Assembly: GCA_019306045.1 (NCBI GenBank)
Contig: JAFDMG010000004.1
Location: forward strand, 1,203-39,638
Direction: 5' to 3'
Source: Deltaproteobacteria bacterium
Lineage (GTDB): Bacteria > Desulfobacterota > Anaeroferrophillalia > Anaeroferrophillales > Anaeroferrophillaceae
Length of the DNA stretch: 38,436 nucleotides
The translations under genes were made by a program, and so were the position numbers. Position 1 is the first letter of the stretch. Each line of letters starts with the position of its first letter. Positions 24,731 to 34,863 of this stretch are shown in pieces. Under the pieces are notes generated by a model that had not been told where the DNA came from, made no database searches, and saw only the letters and a list, made by a program, of their open reading frames with translations.

Positions 24731-25306
24731 TCAGGGGTGGATCACCGCCAGAATCTTTGCCGGCTGGTCGCCGTGGCACTGGACCCGGTGGGGGATGGTG
24801 GAATCATAGTAGATGCTGTCGCCGGCCGTCAGCACGTCGGTGTGGTCCCAAAGGGTCACGTCGATGCTGCCCTCGAGCACGTAGATGAACTCCTCCCCTT
24901 CATGGGTGGACTTTTTGTCGCTCTTGAGGGTCGCCGGCTCCAGGGTGAGAAAAAACGGCTCCATGCGGCGGTTCTTCTTGCCCGCCCCCAGGGATTCGTA
25001 GGTATAACCGTAGCGCACGCCTTCCTTGGAAGCAAAGCGGGAAACGATGGGGCGCTCCCCCTGGCGGATGATGGTGAACGGCTCGGTGTCCTCACGGTCA
25101 AAAAAGCGGCCGATGGAAACGTGCAGCGCCTTGGCCAGCCGCACCATGGTCCCCAGGGAAGGGGAAACCAGGTGGTTCTCGATCTGGGAGAGCACGGCGG
25201 TGGAATAGCCGGTGCGCCGGGCCAGCTCCTGCAGCGACACCCCCTGGGACTCGCGGATTTTCTTGATGTTCTCACAGACCTTGACGGTTTCGATTCCTTG
25301 GCTCAT
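24731..25306 (-). CDS. XRE-family HTH transcriptional regulator with C-terminal cupin domain
   Basis: 191 aa. The N-terminal HTH_3 is IKKIRESQGVSLQELARRTGYSTAVLSQIENH. The C-terminal cupin is HEGEEFIYVLEGSIDV...GDSIYYDSTIPHRV. Confidence 0.85.
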   Translation of the reverse strand: MSQGIETVKVCENIKKIRESQGVSLQELARRTGYSTAVLSQIENHLVSPSLGTMVRLAKALHVSIGRFFDREDTEPFTIIRQGERPIVSRFASKEGVRYGYTYESLGAGKKNRRMEPFFLTLEPATLKSDKKSTHEGEEFIYVLEGSIDVTLWDHTDVLTAGDSIYYDSTIPHRVQCHGDQPAKILAVIHP

Positions 25307-25333
25307 TGTCTTTCCTCCCGGCGGACAAAAAAG

Positions 25334-25870
25334 TTAAACCAGGGCGGCACCCTTGTCCATGGCCTGCTGGTTGATGGGAATCATCCGGTGGTACTTGGGG
25401 TTGAGGGCGTCTTCCAGGGCGTCCTTGGCCGCTTCCAGGGCCACGATCCCGGTCTTGGCCACCAGGGCCCCGAGGGCCACCATGTTGGCCAGCTTGTCGT
25501 TGCCCACTTCCCGGGCCAGGTCGTTGAGGGGCAGGGCCACCAGGTCGAGATCATCCCGCTGGCATTCCGCCGCCGGCACCAGGGAGGAGTTGAGCACCAG
25601 GACGCCGCCCGGCTGCAGCCGCGGCTCGAACTTCACCAGCGAGGGGCGGTTCATGATGATCAGCGAACCCGGCCGGCCGACCACCGGCGAACCGATCTCC
25701 TCGTCGGCCACCACCACCGAGCAGTTGGCCGTCCCCCCCCGCATCTCGACCCCGTACGAGGGCAGGTAGGTAACATTCTTGCCCTCGCGGATGGCCGCGT
25801 AGGCCAGCAGGTTGCCGATCAGCATCACTCCCTGGCCGCCGAAACCGGCCATAATCACATCATAATACAT
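25334..25870 (-). CDS. korC: 2-oxoacid:ferredoxin oxidoreductase, gamma subunit
   Basis: 178 aa. MYYDVIMAGFGGQGVMLIGNLLAYAAIREGKNVTYLPSYGVEMRGG is the typical gamma-subunit N-terminus. Substrate specificity (2-oxoglutarate versus other 2-oxoacids) cannot be fixed from sequence by eye. Confidence 0.8.
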   Translation of the reverse strand: MYYDVIMAGFGGQGVMLIGNLLAYAAIREGKNVTYLPSYGVEMRGGTANCSVVVADEEIGSPVVGRPGSLIIMNRPSLVKFEPRLQPGGVLVLNSSLVPAAECQRDDLDLVALPLNDLAREVGNDKLANMVALGALVAKTGIVALEAAKDALEDALNPKYHRMIPINQQAMDKGAALV

Positions 25871-25900
25871 TTCTTTCTCCTTGGGCCGTCCAGAGGCCGG

Positions 25901-26653
25901 CTAGAGGACGTCAACCACGTCTTTCTGTTTCAGAACTCCGAGGGGGAAATAGGGAATCATCTCTTCCGCCACCCGCTTGACGGCCTGCTGGGGATTGAGC
26001 CCCCAGTTGGTCGGACAGGCCGACAGGACCTCGACGAAGGAGAAGCCCTTGTTCTCCACCTGCATCTGGAAAGCCTGGCGAATCACCTTGCGGGCCTTTT
26101 TGACGTTGGGAGGCCGGTCCACGGCCACCCGGGCCACCAAGGACGGACCTTCGAGGGCAGCCAGCATCTCGGCCATTTTGATGGGGTAGCCGTCCCGCTG
26201 ACAGTCCCGCCCGTAGGGGGAGGTGGTGCTCTGCTGGCCCAGCATGGTGGTCGGGGCCATCTGGCCGCCGGTCATGCCGTAGATGGAGTTGTTGACAAAA
26301 ATGACGGTGATGTTCTCACCGCGGTTGGCGGCGTGGATGATCTCCGCCGTGCCGATGGCCGCCAGGTCGCCGTCCCCCTGGTAGGTGAAGACGATCCGGT
26401 CGTCCAGCACCCTCTTGGTGCCGGTGGCCACCGCCGCCGCCCGGCCGTGGGGCGCCTCGATGACGTCGATGGCGAAATAGTCGTACAGGAACACCGAACA
26501 GCCGACCGAGGCAATGCCGACGGTTCTCTCCCGCAGGTCGAAGTAGTCGATGGCCTCGGCCACCAGCCGGTGGACGATGCCGTGGTGGCAGCCGGGACAG
26601 AAATGGAAATTCTTCCCGGTCAGCGACGCCGGGCGGGCAAAGATCTGTTTCAT
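25901..26653 (-). CDS. korB: 2-oxoacid:ferredoxin oxidoreductase, beta (TPP-binding) subunit
   Basis: 250 aa. It has [10 protein letters not shown] plus the TPP motif GDGDLAAIG...[11 protein letters not shown]. Confidence 0.88.
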   Translation of the reverse strand: MKQIFARPASLTGKNFHFCPGCHHGIVHRLVAEAIDYFDLRERTVGIASVGCSVFLYDYFAIDVIEAPHGRAAAVATGTKRVLDDRIVFTYQGDGDLAAIGTAEIIHAANRGENITVIFVNNSIYGMTGGQMAPTTMLGQQSTTSPYGRDCQRDGYPIKMAEMLAALEGPSLVARVAVDRPPNVKKARKVIRQAFQMQVENKGFSFVEVLSACPTNWGLNPQQAVKRVAEEMIPYFPLGVLKQKDVVDVL

Positions 26654-26701
26654 GGCAACTCCTGGTAAATTCAGCGCTGGCAGCGGCGCCGGCCGCCGCC
26701 G

Positions 26702-27766
26702 CTAGTCCTGATAGGTTTCTTCAATCCGGGCCAGGATCTCCTCCGGGGTGGGCACCGAGCCCCCCGGGCGGCCGTAAAATTCCACCTGGCCGGGGTTTTC
26801 CACCGCCAGCCGGACATCCTCCACCATCTGGCCGGTGTTCATCTCGCAGGTGAGAAAACGGGCCCCCTGCCGGGAAATCTCGCCGATGGTCGCCGTCGGA
26901 AAGGGATAGAGGGTTATCGGCCGGATCAGCCCCACCCGCAGGCCTTTGGCCCGGGCCTGTTCGATGGAGGTCTTGGCGATCCTGGCCATGCTGCCGAAAG
27001 CGACCACCACCAGCCGGGCGTCGTCGGTGTGCCGGGTTTCCACCATCACGTCCTCGGCCGCCAGGCGGCGGTACTTTTCCTGCAGCCGCCAGTTGTGCTT
27101 CTCCATTTCCCCGTCGGCCAGGTAGAGGGACTTGATCAGCCGCGGCTGCCGTCCCCGGGCGCCGGTGATCAGCCACTCGCGGTCGGGGTCGCCGGCCGTT
27201 TTCTCCGGCTTCCAGGGATCGATGGGTTCCTTGATCTGCCCGAGAATGGCGTCCCCGAGCAGCATGGTCAGGCAGCGGTACTTCTCCGCCAGCTCAAACC
27301 CCTTGATGGTCAGATCGTAAAGTTCCTGGCCGGTGTGGGGCGCCAGGACAATCAGGTGGTAGTCGCCGTGGCCGCCGCCCTTGACCGCCTGGAAATAATC
27401 CCCCTGGGTGGCGTTGATGCCGCCCAGGCCGGGGCCCTGACGACTCATGTTGACCACCAGGGCCGGCAGCTCGTTGCCGGCCAGGTAGGAGAAGCCCTCC
27501 TGCATCAGGGAGATTCCCGGGCCGCTGGAGGAGGTCATCACCCGCACGCCGGTGGCCGCCGCCCCCAGGAGCATGTTGATCGAGGCGATCTCGCTCTCCG
27601 CCTGGAGGAATTCCCCCCCCACCTCGGGCAGGTGGCGGGCCATGTATTCCGGGATGTCGTTCTGGGGCGTGATCGGGTAGCCGAAGTAGTAACGGCAGCC
27701 GGCGTTGATGGCCGCCATGGCAATGGCCTCGTTGCCCTTGAGAAAAACCTTTTTCGCTGCTGACAT
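26702..27766 (-). CDS. korA: 2-oxoacid:ferredoxin oxidoreductase, alpha subunit
   Basis: 354 aa from ATG 27764-27766. MSAAKKVFLKGNEAIAMAAINAGCRYYFGYPITPQNDIPEYM...QAESEIASINMLLGAAATGVRVMTSSSGPGISLMQE is canonical. The upstream 60 codons of the ORF track overlap korD. Confidence 0.9.
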   Translation of the reverse strand: MSAAKKVFLKGNEAIAMAAINAGCRYYFGYPITPQNDIPEYMARHLPEVGGEFLQAESEIASINMLLGAAATGVRVMTSSSGPGISLMQEGFSYLAGNELPALVVNMSRQGPGLGGINATQGDYFQAVKGGGHGDYHLIVLAPHTGQELYDLTIKGFELAEKYRCLTMLLGDAILGQIKEPIDPWKPEKTAGDPDREWLITGARGRQPRLIKSLYLADGEMEKHNWRLQEKYRRLAAEDVMVETRHTDDARLVVVAFGSMARIAKTSIEQARAKGLRVGLIRPITLYPFPTATIGEISRQGARFLTCEMNTGQMVEDVRLAVENPGQVEFYGRPGGSVPTPEEILARIEETYQD

Positions 27767-27771
27767 GGCCG

Positions 27772-27993
27772 CTACCTCCAGACGCTGATGGCCACATCCG
27801 GGCACATCTCGGCACACATGACACAACCGAGGCAGTCGTCCTCGTTGGTCACCACGGCAAAATAGTAGCCGCTCAAATTCAACTCCCCGCCGATGGCGAG
27901 AATCTTTTCGGGACAGACGTCGACGCAAAGGCCGCAGCCCTTGCACCGTTCCCGTTCAATCTCCACTCTGGGCATCTTCTGCATCTCCGTCAC
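27772..27993 (-). CDS. korD: 2-oxoacid:ferredoxin oxidoreductase, delta subunit (2x[4Fe-4S] ferredoxin)
   Basis: 73 aa with two CxxCxxCxxxCP-type motifs (CKGCGLCVDVCP and CLGCVMCAEMCP). Confidence 0.85.
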   Translation of the reverse strand: MTEMQKMPRVEIERERCKGCGLCVDVCPEKILAIGGELNLSGYYFAVVTNEDDCLGCVMCAEMCPDVAISVWR

Positions 27994-28054
27994 GCCGGCA
28001 AACCGGCGCCTTTCCTGGACATTAAACCCGGCGCAACTTCACCAGTAAACTGGC

Positions 28055-28083
28055 AAAATAGACTTTTACCCCCCGTTTGTCAA
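28055..28083 (-). promoter_or_regulatory. Candidate sigma-70 promoter for korDABC
   Basis: The minus strand has TTGACA (28078-28083), a 17-nt spacer, then TATTTT (28055-28060), about 60 nt upstream of korD. Confidence 0.45.
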
Positions 28084-28231
28084 CGACTAATTGGCGCCGC
28101 GGCCCAAATCATAGCTTTTCTGTCATTTATTGCCGGGGACGGCCGGCCTTGACAGTCGGCTGGCAGGCATGATAGGAGCTGCTAAGTTGTGCTTTCACCC
28201 TAAAACCCCCGGCAAGCGGACATTTCAAGTC

Positions 28232-29005
28232 ATGGCAGCTTCCATTATCGTCGCCCGGGAGGGCAACCTGGCCACCCTCACCCTGAACCGTCCCGGGGAG
28301 CTCAATGCCTTCACCACCGCCATGGTAGCCTGTCTGGAACGGGAGCTGGCGGCGCTGGCCGCCGATCCGGAAGTCAGGGCGGTGATCATCACCGGCGCCG
28401 GGCGGGCCTTCTGCGCCGGGGTCGACATCGGGGAAAAAACCTACAATCCCCTCAACGCCCGCACCTTTCTCAAAACCTTCAACCGGGTGGTCCGCCTGGT
28501 GGAAAACCTGCCCCAGCCGACGGTGGCCGCCCTCAACGGCGCGGCGGTGGCCGGCGGCCTGGAACTGGCCCTGGCCTGCACCTTCCGGGTGGCCGGCGAA
28601 GAGATCAAGCTGGGGCTGCCGGAGATCAATCTCGGCCTGGTGGCGGCGGTGGGCACCACCTACCGGCTGCCGCGGCTGGTGGGTTTCGGCCGGGCGGTGG
28701 AGATGTGCCTGCTGGGAGAGCTGATCAACGGCCGGCAGGCCGCCGACTGGGGACTGGTCAACCGGGCGGTGCCCGGGACGGAAGTCATGGCCGCCGCCCG
28801 CGAGCTGGCCGCCCGGCTGGCCAAACAGCCGCCCGTCGCCCTCAGCCTGGTAAAAGACGCCCTGGTGGTCAACGCCACGCCGCATCTTGAAAGCGCCGCC
28901 CTGCTGGAAATCCTTTCCGCCAGCGTCAATCATTACACCGAGGACAAAAAAGAAGGCCTGGCGGCTTTCAAGGAGCGGCGGCCGCCGCATTTCACCGGCA
29001 GATAA
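28232..29005 (+). CDS. Enoyl-CoA hydratase/isomerase (crotonase superfamily)
   Basis: 257 aa from ATG 28232. IIVAREGNLATLTLNRPGELNAF...VIITGAGRAFCAGVDI...PTVAALNGAAVAGGLELALACTFRVA...EINLGL...EGLAAFKERRPPHF is the crotonase fold pattern. Confidence 0.9.
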   Translation: MAASIIVAREGNLATLTLNRPGELNAFTTAMVACLERELAALAADPEVRAVIITGAGRAFCAGVDIGEKTYNPLNARTFLKTFNRVVRLVENLPQPTVAALNGAAVAGGLELALACTFRVAGEEIKLGLPEINLGLVAAVGTTYRLPRLVGFGRAVEMCLLGELINGRQAADWGLVNRAVPGTEVMAAARELAARLAKQPPVALSLVKDALVVNATPHLESAALLEILSASVNHYTEDKKEGLAAFKERRPPHFTGR

Positions 29006-29019
29006 ACCGGGGAGAAACA

Positions 29020-30033
29020 ATGGCAAACAGTGAAAAAGCCGGCTGCGGCATTGCCGGCCTGGGGTTTTACCTGCCGGCCAAGAAGGTGCCGGTTCTCGAG
29101 CTGGCCGCCCGGGCCGGCATCCCCGAGTTCGTCGCCCGTTTTGTCGGCGCCGAAACCGTGCGGGAGGCCGAGCCGGCAATGCTGCCCACCGACATGGCCA
29201 TCAGGGCGGCGGCGGCCGCCCTGGAAAATGCCGGCCTCGGCCCGGAAGAGATCGACCTGATCATCTACTGCGGCGCCGGCCTCGGCGACTACATCCTGCC
29301 GCCTTCGGCCGGCCGGATCCAGGACGGCATCAAGGCGAAAAACGCCGCCTGCTTCGATCTCGGGCAGGGCTGCGGCGGCATGCTCACCGGCCTCGAGGTG
29401 GCCCGGGGACAGCTGGCCCTCGGGGACGGCTGCGAGACGGTGCTGCTGGTCACCGGCGACAAATGGAGCGCCTTCACCGAGCACCACGCCGCCGACGCGG
29501 TTTTTTTCGGCGACGGGGGCGGGGCGGTCATCGTCCGCCGCGGCCACCAGCGGCTGCAGCCGCTGACCGGCCACCAGGTGGCCCGGGGGGAATACCACGA
29601 CCTCTGGGGCATTCGGGCCGGCGGCCTGCGCCACCCGGCCTCGGCGGCCACCGTGGCCGCCAACGAGCACCTTTACCGCTGCCTCGACCCGCAGCGGGCC
29701 CGGCACGAGTTCAAGGAGATCTACCTGGCGGTAATGCTGGCCACGGTGCGCGAAACCCTGGAAAAAGCCGGCCTCCGGAGCGCCGACATCGCCTATTTCT
29801 CGATGGTCAACGCCAATCTCAAGGTCCAGGAACTGCTGCTGGAACAGCTGGAAATCCCCCTGGCCCGGTCGTCGGCCGCCTACCTGCGGCAATACGGCCA
29901 TTTCGGCTCCCAGGACATCTTTTTCAACCTGGACCTGGCCATCCGGGACGGCCGGCTCCAGCCGGGGGACTTGATCGTCATGCTGACCACCGGCATTGGC
30001 TTCTCCTGGGTCTGCAGCCTCATCAGGTATTGA
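29020..30033 (+). CDS. 3-oxoacyl-ACP synthase III (FabH)-like thiolase-fold protein with a non-canonical catalytic triad
   Basis: 337 aa that aligns along its length to FabH. The Cys is retained (DLGQGCGG). The HQAN motif reads VNAN and the GNTS motif reads GHFGS. The C-terminus (RDGRLQPGDLIVMLTTGIGFSWVCSLIRY) is FabH-like. Confidence 0.8.
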   Translation: MANSEKAGCGIAGLGFYLPAKKVPVLELAARAGIPEFVARFVGAETVREAEPAMLPTDMAIRAAAAALENAGLGPEEIDLIIYCGAGLGDYILPPSAGRIQDGIKAKNAACFDLGQGCGGMLTGLEVARGQLALGDGCETVLLVTGDKWSAFTEHHAADAVFFGDGGGAVIVRRGHQRLQPLTGHQVARGEYHDLWGIRAGGLRHPASAATVAANEHLYRCLDPQRARHEFKEIYLAVMLATVRETLEKAGLRSADIAYFSMVNANLKVQELLLEQLEIPLARSSAAYLRQYGHFGSQDIFFNLDLAIRDGRLQPGDLIVMLTTGIGFSWVCSLIRY

Positions 30034-30063
30034 AAAAACTCCAATCCCGAATCCAAAAAAAGG

Positions 30064-30831
30064 ATGACAAACATGAAACAGAAAAGCCTGACCCCCAACG
30101 CCATGCTGCAGCAGGCGGACGAAGAAACCCTGGTCCTGCTGGTGATGGACGCCCTGCGGCGCATTGTTGCCCACCACGGCTTCTGGTTCGCGGAAACCGA
30201 GCACCAGCTGGGGCTGGAGAAAGCCCTGGAAATCGAGGGCGACGTCTGGCAGGCCAGCCTGGCCAACCAGATGCAGCGCCTCGGCAAGCTGCTCGGCTTT
30301 GAAGTGGAAAACGGCGTTCCCACGGCGCTGAAAAAGCTGCCCCGGGAGACCCTGGCCGAGCTGGTGGAAAAAATCGCCGTCAACTGGCTGGCCAATGACG
30401 GCATCTGGTTCCAGGCGGTGGAGAACAAGTACGGCATGTTCGATGCCAAGCGCTGCAACGACACCTGCTGGACCCGGTTTTCGCCCTACGAGGCCACCCG
30501 GATCAAGAAGCTGCTTGAACTGCCGGCCAACGGCGGCCTGCCGGCCTTGAAACAGGCCCTGGCCTTCCGCCTTTACGCGGTGATCAACGAGCAGTCCATC
30601 GAGGAGGTCGACGACCACAGCTTCATCTTCCGGATGAACAACTGCCGGGTGCAGGCGGCCCGGAAAAGGAAAGGGCTGCCGGACTACCCCTGCAAGTCGG
30701 CGGGCATGGTGGAATACCCCTGTTTCGCCGCCACCATCGATCCGCGGATCAAGACCGAATGCCTCGGCTGCCCGCCCGACGACCATCCGCCGGAGTGGTT
30801 CTGCGCCTGGAAATTCACCCTGGAGGAATAA
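30064..30831 (+). CDS. Conserved Cys-rich hypothetical protein (possibly L-2-amino-thiazoline-4-carboxylate-hydrolase-like / DUF family; unverified)
   Basis: 252-255 aa; ATG 30073 has the better RBS spacing. The C-terminal cluster is C-x18-C-x9-C-x13-C-x2-C-x11-C (NNCRVQAARKRKGLPDYPCKSAGMVEYPCFAATIDPRIKTECLGCPPDDHPPEWFCAW). It follows the KAS III-like gene after 30 nt. Confidence 0.65.
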   Translation: MTNMKQKSLTPNAMLQQADEETLVLLVMDALRRIVAHHGFWFAETEHQLGLEKALEIEGDVWQASLANQMQRLGKLLGFEVENGVPTALKKLPRETLAELVEKIAVNWLANDGIWFQAVENKYGMFDAKRCNDTCWTRFSPYEATRIKKLLELPANGGLPALKQALAFRLYAVINEQSIEEVDDHSFIFRMNNCRVQAARKRKGLPDYPCKSAGMVEYPCFAATIDPRIKTECLGCPPDDHPPEWFCAWKFTLEE

Positions 30832-30900
30832 CCCCCGGCCGCCGGCCCGGCGCCGGGAAGCGGCCAGCAACCACAACTTTTTCAAGGGAGAAAACCGCCG

Positions 30901-31389
30901 ATGACCACCAACAACTGGCAGCAGCCCCCGGCCATGGAGATTGACCCGCAAAAGCAATACCGGGTAATCATGGAAACCGACCGCGGGGTGATCGAACTGG
31001 AACTTTACCCGCAGTACGCCCCGCAGACGGTCAACAACTTTGTCTTCCTGGCCCGCAACCGGTTTTACGACGGGGTCAAGTTTCACCGGGTGATCAGTGA
31101 TTTCATGATCCAGGGCGGCGACCCGACCGGCACCGGCACCGGCGGCCCCGGCTACACTTTCGCCGACGAATTCGCCGGCAACCCCCTGACCCACGAGAGC
31201 AAGGTGATTTCGATGGCCAATGCCGGTCCCGACACCAACGGCAGCCAGTTCTTCATCACCCACTGCCCCCAGCCCCACCTGGACGGCCACCACACGGTGT
31301 TCGGCAAGGTAATCCGGGGGGAGGAAGTGGTGGACGCCATCCGGCAGGGGGACGCGATGCTCACCGTCCGGGTGGTCGAGGAGGCCTGA
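30901..31389 (+). CDS. ppiB: Cyclophilin-type peptidyl-prolyl cis-trans isomerase (cytoplasmic)
   Basis: 162 aa. [31 protein letters not shown]...[16 protein letters not shown]...[11 protein letters not shown] is canonical cyclophilin. No signal peptide. Confidence 0.93.
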   Translation: MTTNNWQQPPAMEIDPQKQYRVIMETDRGVIELELYPQYAPQTVNNFVFLARNRFYDGVKFHRVISDFMIQGGDPTGTGTGGPGYTFADEFAGNPLTHESKVISMANAGPDTNGSQFFITHCPQPHLDGHHTVFGKVIRGEEVVDAIRQGDAMLTVRVVEEA

Positions 31390-31443
31390 GGCGAAAACCC
31401 GCCGGCCGCAGCCGCCCAGCCGGGGCCGACATGACCGCACAAC

Positions 31444-31485
31444 AAAAAAAGCCTGCCGGGGGCTGATCCCCGGCAGGCTTTTTTT
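31444..31485. terminator. Bidirectional Rho-independent terminator (ppiB / DUF1285 gene)
   Basis: A7, then GCCTGCCGGGG-(6 nt)-CCCCGGCAGGC, then T7. An 11-bp perfect GC-rich stem is flanked by A and T runs between convergent genes. Confidence 0.85.
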
Positions 31486-31508
31486 CTCCCGGCAAACGGG
31501 CCGGCAAT

Positions 31509-31994
31509 TCAGTCGGCGGCGGTCGTCAACCGGTATTTCCGGCCGCCAATCACCAGCTCGTAGCTGTCTTCCCCGGCGCCGGGGCGGAGAAATTCCGCCA
31601 GCCGGAAGTGGGCTCCCGGCAGGAAGCGGGCACAGAAGCGGTCGTCCTTGACCCGGGTGCGCAGCACACCCTCCCCATCCAGGGAAAGCTTGGCCGGCGC
31701 CAGGGTCTCCCGGCTGCCGTCGTCCAGCACCAGGACCACCTGCCGCAGGCCGCCGGCGTCGTCCAAGCTGGCCTCAACGTCGGTGATGAAAAAGGGGCAG
31801 ACGGCCACCTCCACCGGGGCCCGCTTGCCCCGGTAGTCGATGAAATAACCGCCGTCCGACTCGTGAACCAGGGACCGCCGGAACAGCGCCAGCACCTCCG
31901 GGTGGATGATCTGGTTGCCCTCGTACCACCAGCGTCCCTGGCGATCAATGGAAATAACCCCGCTAAACCCGTTGATGTCTGTCAGTTTTTCCAT
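31509..31994 (-). CDS. DUF1285 domain protein
   Basis: 161 aa. ISIDRQGRWWYEGNQIIHPEVLALFRRSL..ESDGGYFIDYRGKRAPVEVAVCPFFI matches my recollection of the DUF1285 N-terminal signature. Confidence 0.7.
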   Translation of the reverse strand: MEKLTDINGFSGVISIDRQGRWWYEGNQIIHPEVLALFRRSLVHESDGGYFIDYRGKRAPVEVAVCPFFITDVEASLDDAGGLRQVVLVLDDGSRETLAPAKLSLDGEGVLRTRVKDDRFCARFLPGAHFRLAEFLRPGAGEDSYELVIGGRKYRLTTAAD

Positions 31995-32155
31995 CCCCTT
32001 CTCCTGCTGACCGTTCCAACTTTTCCGGCAGCCGCCGTCCCCGGCCGCGCCCCTGGCTTGACAATCGTAAAATACCTGATATTTTTTACCTAGACAAACG
32101 AAAAATTACCACCCCGGCATCAGGCAGCGCCTTTTGCCAGGAAAGGAGGGAAAAA

Positions 32156-32455
32156 ATGAAAGCGGCAATCCTGTTTACCGGTACCGGGCCAATCCTTATC
32201 CTGACCACCTACGATTCGCTGACCGACACCGAATTCATCAACAAGCTGGAAAGCAAGAATATCCGCAAATTTATCATGTACGAGGTGCCGGTGGAGGCCT
32301 GCAAGAAGAAATACGGCAACTATTACGAACTGGTGGCCCAGGACCTGGCGGACAAGAACGACATGCGGGTTCTCGACTACATCGGCAGCCACATTTTCCT
32401 CAATTTCTCCTTTGCCGAAATGGGCGACCCGATCCTCAAGCACGAAAAGAGCTGA
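32156..32455 (+). CDS. Hypothetical small cytoplasmic protein
   Basis: 99-aa ORF with RBS AGGAGGGAAAAA before the ATG. Third codon positions are G/C-rich like its neighbours. The lower overall GC comes from the K/N/I/F/Y-rich composition. It is followed by a strong terminator. I recognise no family. Confidence 0.6.
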   Translation: MKAAILFTGTGPILILTTYDSLTDTEFINKLESKNIRKFIMYEVPVEACKKKYGNYYELVAQDLADKNDMRVLDYIGSHIFLNFSFAEMGDPILKHEKS

Positions 32456-32505
32456 CCGGCGGCCGTCCCTCCCGTCGCCGGCGGGCAACCGGCAAAAACA
32501 AAAAA

Positions 32506-32542
32506 AGCTCTCCCCCCGGCAAACCCGGGGAGAGAGCTTTTT
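32506..32542. terminator. Bidirectional Rho-independent terminator (hypothetical gene / groEL)
   Basis: AGCTCTCCCCCCGG-(loop)-CCCGGGGAGAGAGCT. An A-rich run lies on the left and T5 on the right, between convergent genes. Confidence 0.7.
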
Positions 32543-32576
32543 ACATTTGGATTGATCGGCAACCAGCGGCCGGGAC

Positions 32577-34229
<1,653 letters not shown>

Positions 34230-34314
34230 CTATCCTCCTGATGATAACTCGTTTTTTTTACTGTTGTTGACGAAAGTTGCAGGGCTTCACGCCCTCCTGC
34301 TTGACGCCCGGGAA

Positions 34315-34602
34315 CTATTCCAGAATACCCAGGACGTCATCCTCGCGCATGATCAGGTATTCCTGACCGTCGATCTTGATCTCGGTGCCGGCATACTTGC
34401 CGAAAAGAATCCGGTCGCCCTGTTTGACATCCAGGGGCATCACCTTGCCGTCTTCCAGCACTTTCCCCTTGCCAACGGCGATCACTTCGCCCTGCATCGG
34501 TTTTTCCTTGGCGGCATCCGGGATGATGATCCCGCCCTTGGTTTTTTCCTCTTCCTCGATCCGCTTGACGATCAGTCGATCCTGCAAAGGCCTGATGTTC
34601 AT
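34315..34602 (-). CDS. groES: Co-chaperonin GroES (Cpn10)
   Basis: 95 aa from ATG 34600-34602 ([29 protein letters not shown]...). AAGGAGGA lies 7 nt upstream. The longer ORF-track version runs through the CIRCE operator. Confidence 0.97.
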   Translation of the reverse strand: MNIRPLQDRLIVKRIEEEEKTKGGIIIPDAAKEKPMQGEVIAVGKGKVLEDGKVMPLDVKQGDRILFGKYAGTEIKIDGQEYLIMREDDVLGILE

Positions 34603-34711
34603 TTTCATTCCTCCTTGAGAAAAAGTTTTTTCGCTTCGGTCACCTGCAACCATGGTGAAGCCGTTGCGGTTGTCAGCCTTTTTCCCGGCAGCCGGCCGGG
34701 AACCATCATTG

Positions 34712-34738
34712 TTAGCACTCATGTCAATGGAGTGCTAA
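34712..34738. promoter_or_regulatory. CIRCE operator (HrcA binding site)
   Basis: TTAGCACTC-ATGTCAATG-GAGTGCTAA is a perfect match to the TTAGCACTC-N9-GAGTGCTAA consensus. It lies between the candidate promoter and groES. Confidence 0.92.
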
Positions 34739-34746
34739 CGGAGGGC

Positions 34747-34775
34747 ATATTACACAGGTTGTTTTGAAAAATCAA
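34747..34775 (-). promoter_or_regulatory. Candidate sigma-70 promoter for groES-groEL
   Basis: The minus strand has TTGATT (34770-34775), a 17-nt spacer, then TAATAT (34747-34752). It lies immediately upstream of CIRCE, with an AT-rich UP-like tract further upstream. Confidence 0.6.
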
Positions 34776-34863
34776 GCATTATAAGGCGTGATTGGCGGGA
34801 ATAAAAATATATTTAGGAAATTAGTGGGGAATATTGCAGGTAAAAACTTCTTTTTTCGCCCGA

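Noticed and set aside
28933-31440. 835-aa minus-strand ORF.
   Set aside because: It is antisense to four well-supported plus-strand genes (crotonase 3' end, KAS III-like, Cys-rich protein, cyclophilin). It is Gly/Arg/Pro/Ala-rich and low in complexity.
32156-32455. Lower-GC 99-aa gene as a possible horizontally acquired insert.
   Set aside because: Third codon positions remain G/C-rich as in neighbouring genes. The lower GC is explained by the Lys/Asn/Ile/Phe/Tyr-rich composition. There are no flanking repeats or mobility genes.
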